Of a stretch of DNA of 64,000 nt, positions 1 to 12,324 are shown one piece after another. The stretch comes from the human T2T-CHM13v2.0 reference genome, Homo sapiens, in the NCBI GenBank assembly GCA_009914755.4, contig CP068257.2, positions 19,360,001-19,424,000 on the forward strand, in the 5' to 3' direction. The notes beneath the pieces are model-generated. The model was not told where the DNA came from and ran no database searches. It was given only the letters and a program-made list of their open reading frames with translations. The translations under genes and the position numbers were made by a program. Numbering within the stretch: the first letter of the stretch is position 1; every line of letters starts with the position of its first letter.

Positions 1-315
1 TGGGTCGAGATGTAGAGGAAACACTCTGTACGTTATTTTTCCGCCCACCCTTTAGCGCCTGAGGAGACAGACAGTGTAGACTTTAGGGTACAATTGCTTC
101 CCCTCTGTCGCGGCGGGGTGGGGAGCGTGGGAAGGGGACAGCCGCGCAAGGGGCCAGCCTGCTCCAGGTTTGAGCGAGAGAGGGAGAAGGAGGTCCACGG
201 AGAGACAAGAATCTCCCTCCTCCCACGCCCAAAAGGAATAAGCTGCGGGGCACACCGCCCGCCTCCAGATCCCCCATTCACGTTGAGCCGGGGCGCGCTC
301 GGGGCGGTCGCCTGC

Positions 316-398
316 AGTATCAGTATCAGCATCAGCATCAGCATCAGCATCTGCATGAGCATCAGCTCAGCTCAGCTCAGCTCAGCATCAGCTCAGCT
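316..398. repeat. Compound microsatellite (ATCAGC)n followed by (AGCTC)n
   Basis: Read directly: agtatcagtatcagcatcagcatcagcatcagcatctgcatgagcatcagctcagctcagctcagctcagcatcagctcagctg. Confidence 0.9.
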
Positions 399-660
399 GT
401 CCTGAGGCAGCCGGCGGCTGTGAAGGAGCTCCAGGCTGCCCCCATCCCCACGCCCTTCTCGGCTCAGGGCGTGCATGAACCTGCGGATGGCCGGCGGGCG
501 AGTGGCGCCTTCGCGATCGCGGCCGCCCCTCTAGGCGGAGGCACCGGGGACCGAACCCGTGACTTCGAGCTCCACTGCGGACGAATCCCGGGACCGCGCG
601 CCTCGCGGAAGAGCGGCCGCCGTGCAGCGCGGAGGGATACGCCTCGGCCGCACCTCCCCT

Positions 661-690
661 CGCCGCGCCCCCGCCCCCGCCGCCCTCCCC
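661..690. promoter_or_regulatory. Cluster of GC boxes (CCGCCC, Sp1-type motifs)
   Basis: cgccgcgcccccgcccccgccgccctcccc contains three overlapping CCGCCC motifs ~270 bp upstream of the candidate ATG. Confidence 0.4.
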
Positions 691-700
691 GCCCGGCTCT

Positions 701-760
701 GCTGCCGCCGCGGCGGCCGCTGCTGCTGCTGCTTCTGCCGCCGCTGCCGCCGCCGCTGCC
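701..760. repeat. GCN trinucleotide repeat, 20 units (GCC/GCT/GCG)
   Basis: gctgccgccgcggcggccgctgctgctgctgcttctgccgccgctgccgccgccgctgcc. This repeat produces the poly-Ala minus-strand ORF 388..777 and the proline/arginine-rich plus-strand ORFs in the track. Confidence 0.9.
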
Positions 761-949
761 TGGATATAGTGCGGCAAGAGCGGAGCTTGCAGTCACTTTG
801 CGAGGAGGAGCGCGCGGGCTGCGGGCGGCTGGGGCACCGCGGGAGCGGCGGCGGCGGCTCTAGCAGAGGCGGCCGGGGCAGCGAAAGGTTCTCTCTCCAG
901 GGCTGGACTTAATAACTTTGAAACTGTCCACCGGTGTCACGTCCTGAAC

Positions 950-1004
950 ATGAGCCTCCTCCTCTCCTTCTACCTGCTGGGGTTGCTTGTCAGTAGCGGG
1001 CAAG
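950..1004 (+). CDS. Putative first coding exon of an unidentified gene; signal-peptide-like N-terminus, phase-1 splice donor
   Basis: ATG at 950 with A at -3 (gaacATGa). It encodes MSLLLSFYLLGLLVSSGQ, a hydrophobic leucine-rich core typical of a secretory signal peptide. The exon ends CAAG|GTAGGA, a good match to the MAG|GTRAGT donor consensus. It sits at the 3' edge of the CpG island. If read through unspliced, the frame stops after 47 codons. Confidence 0.45.
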
Positions 1005-4000
1005 GTAGGAGTGTGGCGCTTTATTGCATTTACTTTCCCTCCCCCTTCCACCCGGCCAAGAGAGGCAAAGAGGGAGGCGCAGGAAGAATGAAATGAAAGA
1101 ACTAAAGTTACAGTTATTGCTGTTGTTGTTATTATTATTTTCGTTCTTTCTCCTAGCTGTCCCTAAAATTGTATCTGTTGTGTGGAGACCCTTAAATAAG
1201 AGAAGGGAAAATACAGAATTGGAGAGGGGAATCGGTGAGCAGGATATCCAGGGAAACCGCTTCTTCTTCTTCTTTTTTTTTCCTCTGGGATTATGGCTTT
1301 CTCTTATTTTTATTATCAGAAATTGGATGAGTGTGTTAACAGTGAAATATCTGAGGTTGCGGAAGGAAAGGGCACGATGGTGTTTTACAGAAGCAGCAAA
1401 AACTATCAGTGTTAAACTCATTTGCAAAATATCTGCTGTGTGCAAGACGTTCGATTCTTGGAGACTCTTTTTTTTTTCCACCCCTTTCCCAAAACCCTAA
1501 TTCCTGACTATGAAGTGAATGATGATGGCTTATTTCTGTTGGAAACTAAGAGAGGGGCCGTGGATATTGTGTGTAAGAAAGCAAATGGATAAAACTAGGG
1601 ATGTGTTGCAGTCATTCATTTTGACCCCAACCCCTTATTAATACAGAAAGGTGGAATCATTTTATAACATTACATTGTAATTACACCTGTAGAGGATTTT
1701 TGGGGTTGTGGGAGAACTGGTGGAAGCTTTTATCTCTTAAAAAAAAAAAATGAATAGCCTGGTAGAATAACCTGAGAGGGAATTTGTGGAAGCTATCACT
1801 GTTTGTCTCTAGAGAGATAGATATGAATTTATCTGGCTGTTTAGATAGTAAACACTCACATGAAATATATTTACAATAAATGGAAGCATTTTCAACTGTC
1901 CAGACAAGTTTGGACGTTTAATTAGGGACACAAAATGCTAAAACATGCATTGGTGAAAGTCTTTAAAGGAAAAATAAAATAGCACTAATTTTGAGATATG
2001 TAATGATTGCAAAGAATGTTATGTTGTTAGTGTAGTGTGAAATTGGTTTTTTAAAATAATATAATAAATTACAAGACAAGTTAAAATATCCCCAAGATAT
2101 TCAGTTCTAAGCATTTTTAGCCTCTTCTGTATTGCTCGTTTGGTCCAGCAGGCGGTGGTAGAACTCCATTTTAAGCCCAGAAGTTGGTTTCTGCTCTTCC
2201 ACAGAGTCCTTCTATCATTCTTCAGCAGGGCTTGACATTTTGGATGTGAAGCCTTCCTTTTTCTGCCCTTCTCCTCCCCACAGCTATAGTGTTAGTGGCG
2301 GATGAAACACGATTGGATGCAGATTTAATGTTCAGAAATCAGTATGCAAATGTTGGATATTCCTATAGTTTGTAAAGTGTCTTGATAAGATTCTGCTCAT
2401 TTTCCCTTCCTAACATAGAGTATGAAATATTTCAGTCTTAGCAAAATTGCAGATATGTCCATCTGAAGCTAATACTAGCCCAATTCGTTAATTCAGTGGT
2501 TCTTAAGCAAAGATCAGCATGCACATATGTCCTACAGATATGCTTCTTTAATTTTCAGATAGCTGCTGATTGTGTTTAACTGTTCATTTATAGCATAGAC
2601 AGGTATTTTTGAGCACCAAGAAACAATCCCTGAAAATTGCAGTTAAAATACAACTGCAATTAAATAAGTGTAGGTAGTGTGGGGCAGAATGGGAGCATAA
2701 TAGGAAACAAGTTTATGCAGACTTAGGATTACATTGTGAGTGGTTTGGAGAAGAAAAATGTCTCAGTTGTGGAATCTGAATTTATCATTGCAGAGGCTAA
2801 GTGTGTTGGAATTTGGAGACATAGGAAATTAGAAATGTTTAGATATATAGGTTTAAATAGTACACAGAGACATAAAATTTGGATGTGTACATGTAACATA
2901 GATGTGAAATTGTGATTCAGCTAATTTGTAAGTCAGGATACGAGGTGGTTATGAAGAGGCACTCTGAGACAAGCATCTCTGAAGGGGAGCCCATATTCAC
3001 TGTAATGAAACAGGGTAGAAGGAGACCATCATTGTAAAGATCTCTCTATCTAGTACAATTTCACAATGTGTGGCACTCATAGAGACACAGATATATATCA
3101 GAGAGACGTAGCTTTTGTGAAAGGGAACATATAGTACTTCTATGCCATGTGTCCTGATGAAGTCAGAGATGCTTGGATATTGATATCCTCATCCTGGAGT
3201 CCAATTCCTCTATGCTAGTGTTTTGTTCTCTAATTAAGGATGCAGCAGCAAGTATCAGACACACCACCGGGAGCTGTTTAAAAAAACAGACCTAGTGTAA
3301 CTCATGATTTTGTTTATTCTCTTGTAAAGAGGGCCATGGAAAAGCCACCAGTCAGTGATCCCTGGTCTTGCCTTAGAAATACTAAAATCTCAGCTTGCTG
3401 ATTTATGTGTCCAACAGTATACTTGCAGGGGATTTTATGAAGCATGATTGAAGCTATTGCTTTGGAAAGTGGTGTGCAGTTAGACTGAGGAAAGGCAACA
3501 ATGATGTATTCCCTTTTTAGGAGTCAAAACGTTTTGAACTGAAGCAGTTGAATAGGAGAAAATGACATTAAGTGAGAAACTGACTAACTTAAGTGAATGC
3601 CAATACTATAATTAGCTAACAAGGCCTAATAGTTTACTTGTAACTCTCAATACAACCTTATTGTTGTACAGTAGTAAGACGCTTTTTTTTATTGTAGCAG
3701 AAATACTCCTTTAAAAGCCTCTAATTTCCACTGCAAGATTAATGTATAATGAAGTAAGGTTAGAATGTTATTGTGAAGTCTGAATTTAATTGTCAATGAA
3801 AGAAAATGCTGTAATTCTGTAACTTTTGCAATTATTTTTCCTTTGTGTTCAAAACTTGGTCACAGGCTTTGTAATCATAAATCTCAAGTGATAACTTCAG
3901 TTTCTGATTAACTGCATTTGCTGTTTGGATCTTTGTATATTCAAATTTCCAAACTGTTGTATGTATGGATTGCTTTCGTGAGAGTTTTTACATTTTTGAA

Positions 4001-7000
4001 ACCACTTCCTTCTTCCTTTAAAAATTAAACAAGTATGATTAATAAGCATTTTTCCTGGATGTTCACATATGTAAGATAGAAGCACTGTTATACTAAAACC
4101 TAAAGTAAGAATAATGCTATTCATCTCTCTTGCAATGCAGTTCAAACGTACCACTTAGAACACTTACCTAAGCCAAAATCGTGAGGAAAGGAGGGGTGAA
4201 TTGCCCAGTTGATCAGTTAAAGCAGTCATCTGCTTACAGTTATTCTCTTTGGTGAAGTGCTAGTAAGTCATTGTACATTACAGCAATGTACCTTCTAAAA
4301 ATAGAGCACAGGTGTGTGAGTGTCTACTAGTTTGAAGATTACAGGAGAGATCTCCACAAACTCATCTTCTGTCGGGGCTGTTACATGGCTCCAGCCTCTC
4401 TCGTATGCTTTTTCTATCTGCTGTGCTCTAATTCTTTGATATCAGCCTCTCTGTGCAAAGTTTCTATTAAATCGACTGGGTCTTCTTTTGCACTTGGGGA
4501 AGATGTAATGTAAAGGCTAATGTAAATTAATATCTTTATTGTCAGAGTAACCCAGAGGATTTCCCTCACTACTTCATATCAAAGGAGTTAGGCAGAGTAT
4601 TTTCTCACTTTTAATGCAGAATCGGAGCCCATAGAGCAAGAAGGGAAGTTGGTGGGTCCCGAGAGTGTCAGATGAGTCTTTTCAATGACACAGGGAGCTA
4701 ATTTTCTCCCCGAGGTACTGTCCTACTAGAGAAGCAATTAATGGAACAAAAGAACCTCATTCAGTACCAAAAGTTAGACTTCATATGATTTTGTAAATAG
4801 AATGGCCTTCTTTCAAAAATAGGACTAGTTTGTAATGAAACTGAGAAATGAGCTACAGAGATTGAGGCTAGTAACCAAGCTGAACAGTGTAATTTGTTTT
4901 TGCCTGTCCTCGTGTGGAAGCAGTGCAAATAGTAACAGGATCGACAATCTGAAGACTCTGGAACTGGTCCTCCTGCATTCTCTGTCTTTTAACATTTGGG
5001 AAATCATTGTAACTTATCTCTTTTCAGGGTCATCTCTCACAGCAATGAATTTTTGAGAGCATGAAGAAAAGTGCTCAATAACTATAGAGTGATTCTAAAT
5101 TGCCCTATTTCCCCCCAAAATGAAATTAATCCCTTGAGTGTTGATATGTGCAAAATTAATTTAATAATTTGAATATACTTCTGAAGGGACTATCATTGTT
5201 TTTCAAATTTTGTTGTCCTAAATTTTAAATTTATTGTTCCCTTTATACAATCCCAATTAAACTGAGGATAGGCCTATTTAAAAGATTATAAATTTGTTTT
5301 AATTTTCCAAATTACATGATATGAGAACACTTTAAGATGCAACCAGTGCTTTTATGCTTTTATTAAATGTAAAATTCCTGCACTTTATAGAGCCAAGCTA
5401 TCTCTAATTGTTCAACAAATAAAAGTGCTTCTCTCTGGTGCTCTTTTAAATATTTTAATAACTTTTAACAATTTACAGTTATAATAAGAGTACTAATCAC
5501 AAATAGATATCAACATATTTCCTAGTTTTCTATGTTCACTTGTGCCACTAAGGATCCATCAAACATTACCAGACATTTTAGAAAGCTGTGAAGTAATGAA
5601 ACATCTTGAATTTAAATCAAGATGTTTGAATTTAAATCATTAAGAAAGATAATGGGGAATTTTGAGAATATTTATAAGCATGGCAATCAAAACATTATAG
5701 TTTGAAGAATTTCAGGTCCATTGATCAAATCTTTCTTGGCTCCATTTGATTTATTACAACTCACAGGGATGAAGAAAATTCATTGGATTTGGAGTCAGAA
5801 GACCTAGGCTACTAAGAGTCTCTTAACCTTGAAGAAGCAACTTATGCTCTTAGAACCACTATTTGCTTATTTGAAAATTTGATATTATAAAATCTGGCCA
5901 GTTGACCTTGATGCTCGGCCATGAGGAGCAATTGTAACAATAAATATGTGTAGGCAGGCACCTTACCAAATGTCAACCCTACTATGCTAGGCTTTGTTTA
6001 TATTTTTTAATAATGTGTATACAGATTAATTTGTGGCTTATAAACATTTATTTAGTTTTAAAAAATCATCATAAGCTGCTCTGTGATTAGAAAAAAATAT
6101 CAAGGGGACAGAGATTACTTAAGTTATTGATAAGGGCGACTCATTCATCATTTATTCATTTATCTAACATTTACAGAATACCTGCCCTGTCCCAGACACC
6201 TCATTAGACAGCATTACTAGGAATGGTTGCGTAGATTGTGTGAAGAACAACTCCAGGGGGCGTCACTTATTGTCCTAGTGATGCAACACATATTTATTTT
6301 TACAATTTGCCAGCAGATGGCAGTAAAAGGTTTTGAGGAATGATGCGCTTTTTTTTGTATCATGAATCCTTTCTATGGACCAACATCAGGCTGGTGTTAA
6401 ACACCAAGAGGCTTAGGATGGGCACATAATGAAGATAAATGACTTACTAAAGATCAAACAGAAAAGTAAAAAGGTTAGTTACTAGAGCTCCAGTCTCCAA
6501 ACTCTTCAGTTCTCCTAACACCAAACTTGTTCATAGATTTTATTTAAATGAATCTAATATATCTTCAGCTCAAAGTAAAATATATTTAAATTCTGTGCCA
6601 TTTTGTCAGATAATCAAATAACAAGCACTTTTTGAGGCCTTAAAATGAGAATATTATCAGCACCTTCTAACAGTACCGACCACTTGTGCGAAGTGCTTTC
6701 AGTCACCTTATAACTTATGATTACCAATGAGTCAAGAGACAATTAGCTTTGTTTTATGGATGAAGAAATTGAGGTACAGAAGAATGATCCGATTTGCCTA
6801 TATCACTTATTTTTGTAGTTATCTGGAACTGGGAGTAGATTTTCCAACTTCCAGTTGCATACCTATTTTTGATATATTGTTGATTCATTTGTTTAAAAAT
6901 TTGCATGTGTGTGGAAAATTCAATGTTGATAATTACAAAAACAAATAATATAAATTTAAAAAGCCAAATAAGCATGAGGGAGATATATAACTTGTTCAAC

Positions 7001-8274
7001 AAAATATTATAAAATGACAAAATATGTCATATAATTAATTAAACACTAAGTAGTCTGAGTCCTTAGCGGTTTAGTGCCTAGAATGAGCTAAAATTGATTG
7101 TGTTTACTAACTGACAGGCTCTCTTATCATAATCCTCTATTAGCTTGTTATTATTACGATTATCGTTCCTTTATCCATGAGGGCCATGAGATACAGGGAG
7201 TTTAAATAACTAAGATTGTACTGCTTGGAAATGAGGGTTTGCATATGGGACATGTCCAAAGCCTAGCCTCTTACCAGGACATCACCTTGCCATTCAGTGA
7301 AACAGAAAGGGCTTCAATATAGTGAGAGTAAATGGAGAAGATTATTAATACAAGGAGAAAAAAAATGAGTGAACAAATTGTAAGAAGGGAGGGGCGCGTT
7401 GAGAGAATAGAAATAATCCAGTTTAATGAATCCAAGGATTCACTAAGCAGTTTGGAAAGGTGAGCCTCTGCACTCAGTTCTGGAAATAGTGGTGGAAGTG
7501 GAAGATAGAGTGACCTGGAGGCCAAGCTGGTTTGACTCTAGTGTAAATCTTTTGGAGCCATTGTTTGGGCAGGAGAGTAACATGGTTAAATTTTGGTTTG
7601 TTTTTAAGTCTGCTGGCCATGGCCATGTGTAGGATGGACCAGAAGGAAAGCAAAAGAAGTGGACGTGGCACATGTGTCTATGGAAGACTTAATAGGATCT
7701 TAGTAACAAATACAAATTGAGAAATTGGTAGGAACGTGCCGCATGAAGTTTTACGTTTATTTAACAGAAAAAAAAGGTTATATCTTAATAGAAATAGGAA
7801 AAATAAATGAAAAAGTGCACCCATTTTCAGTAATTTTTAACTTGTTATTTTTAAAATTATATATCAAGTTGCTGTATTCATGGCACATCTAGATAAAAAT
7901 GTCAATAAATTTGAAAATGGAAACTGTTGATCTTTTTATTGGCCAATTCTTCAGAATAATTTCTTCACTTTTATTTGTCATCTGTCTTTATCTTGTTCTT
8001 CCATCCCCATTTATACTTTAAATGTTGTGTAGTATACTTCTGGAATTTTGGGTAAAATCTCAGAAGTATGTAGGTAAAATTTGTTTTCATTATATATTCT
8101 TCATTTAAGTCAGCTTCTCTGCTTTATTTATAGTTTCTTTTTCTTTTTAACACTGGCACACCAAAACAAAATAAAATCCAGGAGAACGCCCCCCCCAAAA
8201 AAAAAACCCTAAAAACTGACATGAAAAAAGATTTTTGGTATTGAATATATAAAATTTTAACATTTTTCTATTAG

Positions 8275-8470
8275 TGTCCAAGGGAGGAAAAAAAGAACTA
8301 ATATTTTTGAGCACCTCTTCTATGCCAGAGAGCTGTGTTGAGCATTTTTACTCATTATCTCATTGAATCCTGATTATATCGTATTTTATAGATGACATTC
8401 CTGAGATTAAGAGTGCCTGATTTGCCCAGAGATTTTAAGTTCCTTCTTTAGGCTGACGCTCACATTTATA
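8275..8470 (+). repeat. MIR-like SINE fragment
   Basis: gagcacctcttctatgccagagagctgtgttgagc...ttatctcattgaatcctga...ttttatagatga resembles the MIR core (gagcacctactatgtgccaggcactgtgctaag...ttatctcatttaatcctca...ttttacagatgagg). Recognised from memory, not aligned. Confidence 0.4.
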
Positions 8471-8609
8471 TCAAAGAGCATTAAATACATTTAAGATATG
8501 ATTCGGTCTTTTTTGCTACAGTGTTTGTTTCTTGGATGCATCTTATCTTGTTACACCATTGATAAACCAGGGGATGATGTGTTATAATGCAGAAATTGTG
8601 TTGATCCAT

Positions 8610-8915
8610 GGGTTGGGAGTGGTGGCTCACATCTGTAATCCCAGGACTTTGGGAGGCCAAGGCCGGCAGGTTGCTTGAGATCAGAAGTTTGAAACCAGCC
8701 TGGGCAACATGGCAAATCTCCGTCTTTACCAAAAATACAAAAATTAGCTGGGCGTGGTGGTGCATACCTCACTAGTCCCAGCTACTTGGAAGGCTGAGGT
8801 TAGAAAATCACTTGAGTCTGGGAGGCAGAGGCTGCACCAAGCAGAGATAGCATCACTGCACTCCAGCCTGGGTGACAGAGTGAGACCCCATCTCAAAAAA
8901 GAAAATGAAAAACAT
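8610..8915 (+). mobile_element. Alu element (full length, A-tail at right)
   Basis: gggttgggagtggtggctcacatctgtaatcccag...gcactccagcctgggtgacagagtgagaccccatctcaaaaaag. Confidence 0.9.
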
Positions 8916-9649
8916 GTGTCGATCCATACATGATTTTCTCCACTCATTAATTTCTTAAGTAAGAGCCAGGCTTCCTCACAATTACAGAGAAAGCCTTAGC
9001 AAGCTATGAAGACATTAAGAAAAATATGAAAAAATCAACTTAAGGCCCTTCCTTTAGTACAAGTATTCATGTACTTAGTGGCTTTAAGAACATCTTGATT
9101 TCTGCTGTAATAGGCATCTCGTGAAGTTGAAAGTGCAGCTGAAGAAGCTGGGAAGTCATTCTGCCTGCTGAAAAATGATGTTTGTTTTTTGTTTACTTTG
9201 TTGTTTTTATTTTTTAAAGGCTACACTGTGGATCATAGTTTGCATTTTAAAGTGAATGCCCTTCAGGTCTTGCATCCTGATAGAGGGTGCAAAAGCTAGG
9301 TGCAAATACCAGCAGAGATTTAACTATGCTAGTATTGTAATTAAGACTTTTATGGTTTTTGCTGGTGCTTGTTTACAGATTTCTGCAGGTTTTGAATGTT
9401 CTGCCTCCTAATCCTGTCTTTTCCCATAAAGTATGATATTTTTTACTGCACAAGTTTTCAGACCCCAGAGATTTTCAGGGATGCAAATATGGTGTGATAT
9501 CAGAAATGCATGTCTTTACTTGTAAAATCAGCCAATGTACTGACTAAAACCTATAGTATAATATGAATAGGTCCCAATGTAAGAAAATAAGCTCACTTGT
9601 AGTTTGTTCTCAATATTAATGAGAGGACTTGGGGACATTTTTTCTATTA

Positions 9650-10330
9650 TTGTAACTTGTTCATTCCCAGCGCTTTTTTTTGGTACCTCTGTTACCAGAA
9701 AGGGGTCCCAGTCCAGAACCTGAGAGAGGATTCTTGGATCTTGCACAAGAAAGAATTCAGGGCAAGTCCATAGAGTAAAGTGAAAGCAACTTTATTAGGA
9801 AAGTAAAGGAATAAAAGAATGGCTACTTCATAGGCAGAGCAACCCTGAGGTCTGCTGGTTGCCCATTTTTTGTTCTTCATTATATGCTAAACGAGTGGTG
9901 GATCATTCATGAATTTTCTGGGAAAGGGGTGGGCAATTCCTGAAACTGAAGGTTCCTCTCCTTTTTAGATGATATAAGGTAACTTCCACAAGTTTCCATG
10001 ACATCTGTAAACTATTATGGTGCTGGTGGGAGTGTCTTTTAGCATGTGAATGCGTTGTAACTAAGGTACTATGAGCTGTGAGGATGACCAGAGGTCACTC
10101 TTGTGGCCATCTCGGTTTTGGTAGGTTTTGGCCGGGTTCTCTACTGCAGCCTGTTTTATCAGCAAGGTCTTTATGACCTGTATCTCGTGCCAACCTCCTA
10201 TCTCATCCTGTGACTTAGAATGCCTAATCATCTGGGAATGCAGTCCCGTAGGTCTTGGCCTTATTTTACCCAGATGCTATTCAAGATGGAGTTGCTGTGA
10301 TTCAGACGCCTCTGACGTTTCTAATACTAG
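9650..10330 (+). repeat. Interspersed repeat, possibly LTR/ERV-derived (family not determined)
   Basis: Block ggtcccagtccagaacctgagagagg...aagtaaaggaataaaagaatggctac...cctgttttatcagcaaggtctttatgacctgtatctcgtgcc...tgtgacttagaatgcc...tattttacccag is familiar as a dispersed repeat, but I cannot name the family. ORFs 9528..9746, 9692..9880 and 10128..10367 fall inside it. Confidence 0.3.
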
Positions 10331-12269
10331 GCTTTCTGATTATTTTTATATCCATTCTCTCACTTAATTTTTCTCTGATTATCATTCTCTACTAATCACT
10401 GCCTGAAGAGAGCAGTTGAGTTTCTATGTTCTAGCAGTAACTTTGTAAGTATCATGCATGAGAGAAATGCCAAGAACAGATTATGTGAAGATTAATATAT
10501 ACAGTGAGGTATGTCCCATATACTTTGATCAATGACATTTACGTGCTTTTGATTAAAAAAAATTACTTACTTAGATAAATCACTTATAACTTTCTGATAC
10601 AAGCTGAAATTAAGCACATTTTTAATCTTGTTCGCTCTTTATCATACTATTTAGCATAGAAAAACTGGCTTCATGCTACTTATTCTATAGATTACACACT
10701 AATCTTTACACCAGGTAAAACTTGTGAATCATCAAAGGGTAAGAATTATACTATGGTAATATTTTTGAATGTATATACGATATGTTGTGGGACATATTAA
10801 TTGACAAAACACTTATAGTCCATTTTAATTTATCTAATGAAGCCCCACAGTTATCCTGAAAGGTAGATAGTATTTCTGATTTAGAATAGGATAATAAACT
10901 TCAAAAAGGTGAAATTACTTGCCCAAATAGAATGCTTTAAAAAATGGTAGGGCCAGACTTGATATAAATATTTTACTTTAGATACAGCATATATTCCTGT
11001 TATGTTTCTGGTTTTACTTAAAGGTTTGTTTTACTCACATCCATGAAGCAGTTACCAAAAATTACTTCTTGGTATGAAACATATTTAATATCATTATGTT
11101 CTTCAGAGTTTACTTTTGGACTGGGTTTATAAGATGCCATTAATTTTAATTGGAGATCTACCTTTTGTTTGAAATATTTGGGAGTGTTTGACTTAGAACT
11201 GTTAATACTTTTGCCTTGTATTCATTGAACAATCCTATTCTCTCAGCCTCATTGCTCATTACTATGCACACCAGTTCATTCAACAAATATTCATTAATTT
11301 GTATCAGTCATTGTTAAAGGCTTTGAGGAGCCAATCAAAGATGAGATAATATACCTGAATTCTGCACTTCAAACTTACGGTACTTTACTGTGACCTTCCA
11401 TGTGAACTCCATGGGAGCAAGAATGCCTTTCCCTGCTAGTGTCCCATTAAATGCAATGTACTTGAATAGAGAGAATAGAGAGTTTGCTGTAAATTCATAT
11501 GTGTATTCCTAGAACATGGTAGAAGCCCGGCAAATATGTGCTGAATGCATATTTAAATATTACCCGGCAGAAGCCAAATTGACTGATTTTAAAAAGCATA
11601 TTTACTTTTGCCTTTGTATAATGATTTGTTTTGTTGAAAATACATGATATGTTGGCCTGTGTGTTTATTTCACACATTTTGTTTACATCACTGACATGCA
11701 TATAGGAGATCTTCCATAAATATATGAACGTCTATAAAATAATAAAGTCACAGTTATTATCTAATTCAGGAGGAATAACAAGGATGAATCACCTTATCCC
11801 TGGTCTTATGTCCTCACTGAAAATTAATTAGGCTTGGAATAGAGAAAACTGAAATCGTTCTGTAAGATTTGTTCTTTTGAAGCCTTATCTGAGGCATAGG
11901 AGATGGTTATATAGTTGGGGTCTCAAAACTGTTCAATATATATATTGAAATATATAAATAAATGAGGGGGATATAATATCTTGATAAAGGTATAATTAAC
12001 TAGATTAGATATGGTCAATAGTAAATGTCTGCTGTGTCGATAAAGCAAGTATTTAATGTCCTCAAAATCAAGATAATCCCCCATAGTTAATTAAAAGTTG
12101 ATTATTCATTCTATTGTTATTGGAAACCAATTCTGAACTGTATGTATGGTAAGAGAAGTGAGAAAATACTTGTTTTATCTTAGTTTTTAAGAGATACTTT
12201 AATGTTTTCTCTGTTTTAAAAAGATGAAATTTCATTTAACCTCAAAAATCCTCCTTTGGCCTCTGATAG

Positions 12270-12270
<1 letters not shown>

Positions 12271-12320
<50 letters not shown>
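12271..12320. repeat. (TG)25 dinucleotide microsatellite
   Basis: Uninterrupted tg x25 read directly. Confidence 0.95.

Positions 12321-12324
<4 letters not shown>

Larger units (their letters stand above)
40..1010. promoter_or_regulatory. CpG island / probable promoter and 5' UTR region of a + strand gene
   Basis: Sustained high GC and frequent CG dinucleotides from ~40 to ~1010, then an abrupt switch to AT-rich sequence. The island ends exactly at a candidate first-exon splice donor. Confidence 0.75.

Noticed and set aside
388-777. 129-aa minus-strand ORF rich in poly-alanine (AAAAAAAAEAAAAAAAAAAAEPGG...)
   Set aside because: It is the reverse-complement reading of the GCN triplet repeat and GC-rich CpG-island DNA. 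It has no start context and no splice signals, and its composition is simply what GC-rich sequence yields in any frame. The plus-strand Pro/Arg-rich ORFs 420..863 and 559..912 have the same cause.
5590-5640. Short inverted repeat catcttgaatttaaatcaagatg followed by a direct repeat of gaatttaaatca
   Set aside because: 8-bp arms in AT-rich DNA are expected by chance. It is too short for a confident hairpin, miRNA precursor or transposon TIR call.
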